From Macrostomum hystrix (taxonomy: Eukaryota; Animalia; Platyhelminthes), in assembly GCA_950097015.1 (NCBI GenBank), contig CATNEN010000005.1, positions 2,790,001 to 2,854,000 of the forward strand: a stretch of DNA of 64,000 bases. Reading direction: 5' to 3'. Positions 62,201-64,000 of the stretch are shown piece by piece. Each line of letters starts with the position of its first letter. Position 1 is the stretch's first letter. Position numbers and translations under genes: made by a program. The notes beneath the pieces were generated by a model, which was given only the letters and a program-made list of their open reading frames with translations, had not been told where the DNA came from and did not search any database.

Positions 62201-64000
62201 ATTGATAGCTGAACTTTTGATTGCTGAAGTTCGATTGATAACTGAACTTTTGATTGCTGAAGTTTGATTGATAACTGAACTTTTGATTGCTGAAGTTTGA
62301 TTGATAACTGAACTTTTGATTGCTGAAGTTCGATTGATAGCTGAACTTTTGACTGCTGAAGTTTGATTGATAACTGAACTTTTGACTGCTGAAGTTCGAT
62401 TGATAACTGAACTTTTGATTGCTGAAGTTCGATTGATAGCTGAACTTTTGACTGCTGAAGTTTGATTGATAACTGAACTTTTGATTGCTGAAGTTCGATT
62501 GATAACTGAACTTTTGATTGCTGAAGTTCGATTGATAGCTGAACTTTTGACTGCTGAAGTTCGATTGATAACTGAACTTTTGACTGCTGAAGTTTGATTG
62601 ATAACTGAACTTTTGACTGCTGAAGTTTGATTGATAACTGAACTTTTGATTGCTGAAGTTCGATTGATAACTGAACTTTTGATTGCTGAAGTTCGATTGA
62701 TAGCTGAACTTTTGACTGCTGAAGTTTGATTGATAACTGAACTTTTGATTGCTGAAGTTCGATTGATAGCTGAACTTTTGACTGCTGAAGTTTGATTGAT
62801 AACTGAACTTTTGATTGCTGAAGTTCGATTGATAACTGAACTTTTGATTGCTGAAGTTCGATTGATAACTGAACTTTTGATTGCTGAAGTTCGATTGATA
62901 ACTGAACTTTTGATTGCTGAAGTTCGATTGATAGCTGAACTTTTGACTGCTGAAGTTCGATTGATAACTGAACTTTTGATTGCTGAAGTTCGATTGATAA
63001 CTGAACTTTTGATTGCTGAAGTTCGATTGATAACTGAACTTTTGATTGCTGAAGTTCGATTGATAGCTGAACTTTTGACTGCTGAAGTTTGATTGATAAC
63101 TGAACTTTTGACTGCTGAAGTTCGATTGATAGCTGAACTTTTGATTGCTGAAGTTCGATTGATAGCTGAACTTTTGACTGCTGAAGTTTGATTGATAACT
63201 GAACTTTTGACTGCTGAAGTTCGATTGATAGCTGAACTTTTGATTGCTGAAGTTCGATTGATAACTGAACTTTTGATTGCTGAAGTTTGATTGATAACTG
63301 AACTTTTGATTGCTGAAGTTTGATTGATAACTGAACTTTTGATTGCTGAAGTTCGATTGATAGCTGAACTTTTGATTGCTGAAGTTTGAATGATAGCTGA
63401 ACTTTTGATTGCTGAAGTTCGATTGATAACTGAACTTTTGATTGCTGAAGTTCGATTGATAACTGAACTTTTGACTGCTGAAGTTATATTGATAGCTGAA
63501 CTTTTGATTGCTGAAGTTCTATTGATAGCTGAACTTTTGACTGCTGAAGTTCGATTGATAACTGAACTTTTGACTGCTGAAGTTTGATTGATAACTGAAC
63601 TTTTGACTGCTGAAGTTTGATTGATAACTGAACTTTTGACTGCTGAAGTTCGATTGATAGCTGAACTTTTGACTGCTGAAGTTTGATTGATAACTTTGAA
63701 CTTTTGATTGCTGAAGTTTGATTGATAACTGAACTTTTGACTGCTGAAGTTTGATTGATAACTGAACTTTTGACTGCTGAAGTTTGATTGATAACTGAAC
63801 TTTTGATTGCTGAAGTTTGATTGATAACTGAACTTTTGACTGCTGAAGTTTGATTGATAACTGAACTTTTGACTGCTGAAGTTTGATTGATAACTGAACT
63901 TTTGATTGCTGAAGTTCGATTGATAGCTGAACTTTTGACTGCTGAAGTTCGATTGATAACTGAACTTTTGATTGCTGAAGTTCGATTGATAGCTGAACTT
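32290..64000. repeat. Giant 33-bp satellite GAAGTTCGATTGATAGCTGAACTTTTGATTGCT, >31.7 kb (~960 units), continuing past the window end
   Basis: Read directly; three common binary variants (TTCGA/TTTGA, ATAGC/ATAAC, GATTG/GACTG). Source of all LIAELL and SKVQLSIELQQ ORFs. Confidence 0.99.

Noticed and set aside
32307-63587. Plus-strand LIAELLIAEVR ORFs as coiled-coil proteins
   Set aside because: The common CGA-to-TGA variant puts stops every few units, and the starts are TTG artefacts
14186-64000. CRISPR array interpretation of the 24-35 bp repeats
   Set aside because: Units are head-to-tail with no unique spacers, there are no cas genes, and the context is a spliced eukaryotic locus

Overview
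Metazoan (eukaryotic, GT-AG intron) genomic DNA dominated by tandem repeats. The first ~32 kb holds five supportable genes: GTDC1/QTMAN (+, 2 coding exons, with a 33-bp in-frame repeat block), PIGC (+, 3 exons), two intronless GT32/DxD glycosyltransferase paralogs (-) and a small single-pass membrane protein (-). Nearly every intron and spacer carries its own 12-35 bp minisatellite, and there are three copies or fragments of a tRNA-headed CORE-like SINE. From ~32.3 kb to the window end is one 33-bp satellite (>31 kb, ~960 units). The architecture (dense short-unit arrays, splice acceptors just upstream of start codons) resembles a flatworm such as Macrostomum, but that is inference only. The most notable signals are: (1) the giant satellite's commonest variants are mostly synonymous in one stop-free minus-strand frame; (2) a 5.7-kb 24-bp array sits at the apex of a perfect DNA palindrome, bounded by a 13-bp direct repeat; (3) E-box arrays bracket GTDC1 exon 1. 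Most long ORFs in the supplied track are repeat artefacts. Repeat boundaries and copy numbers were estimated by eye.
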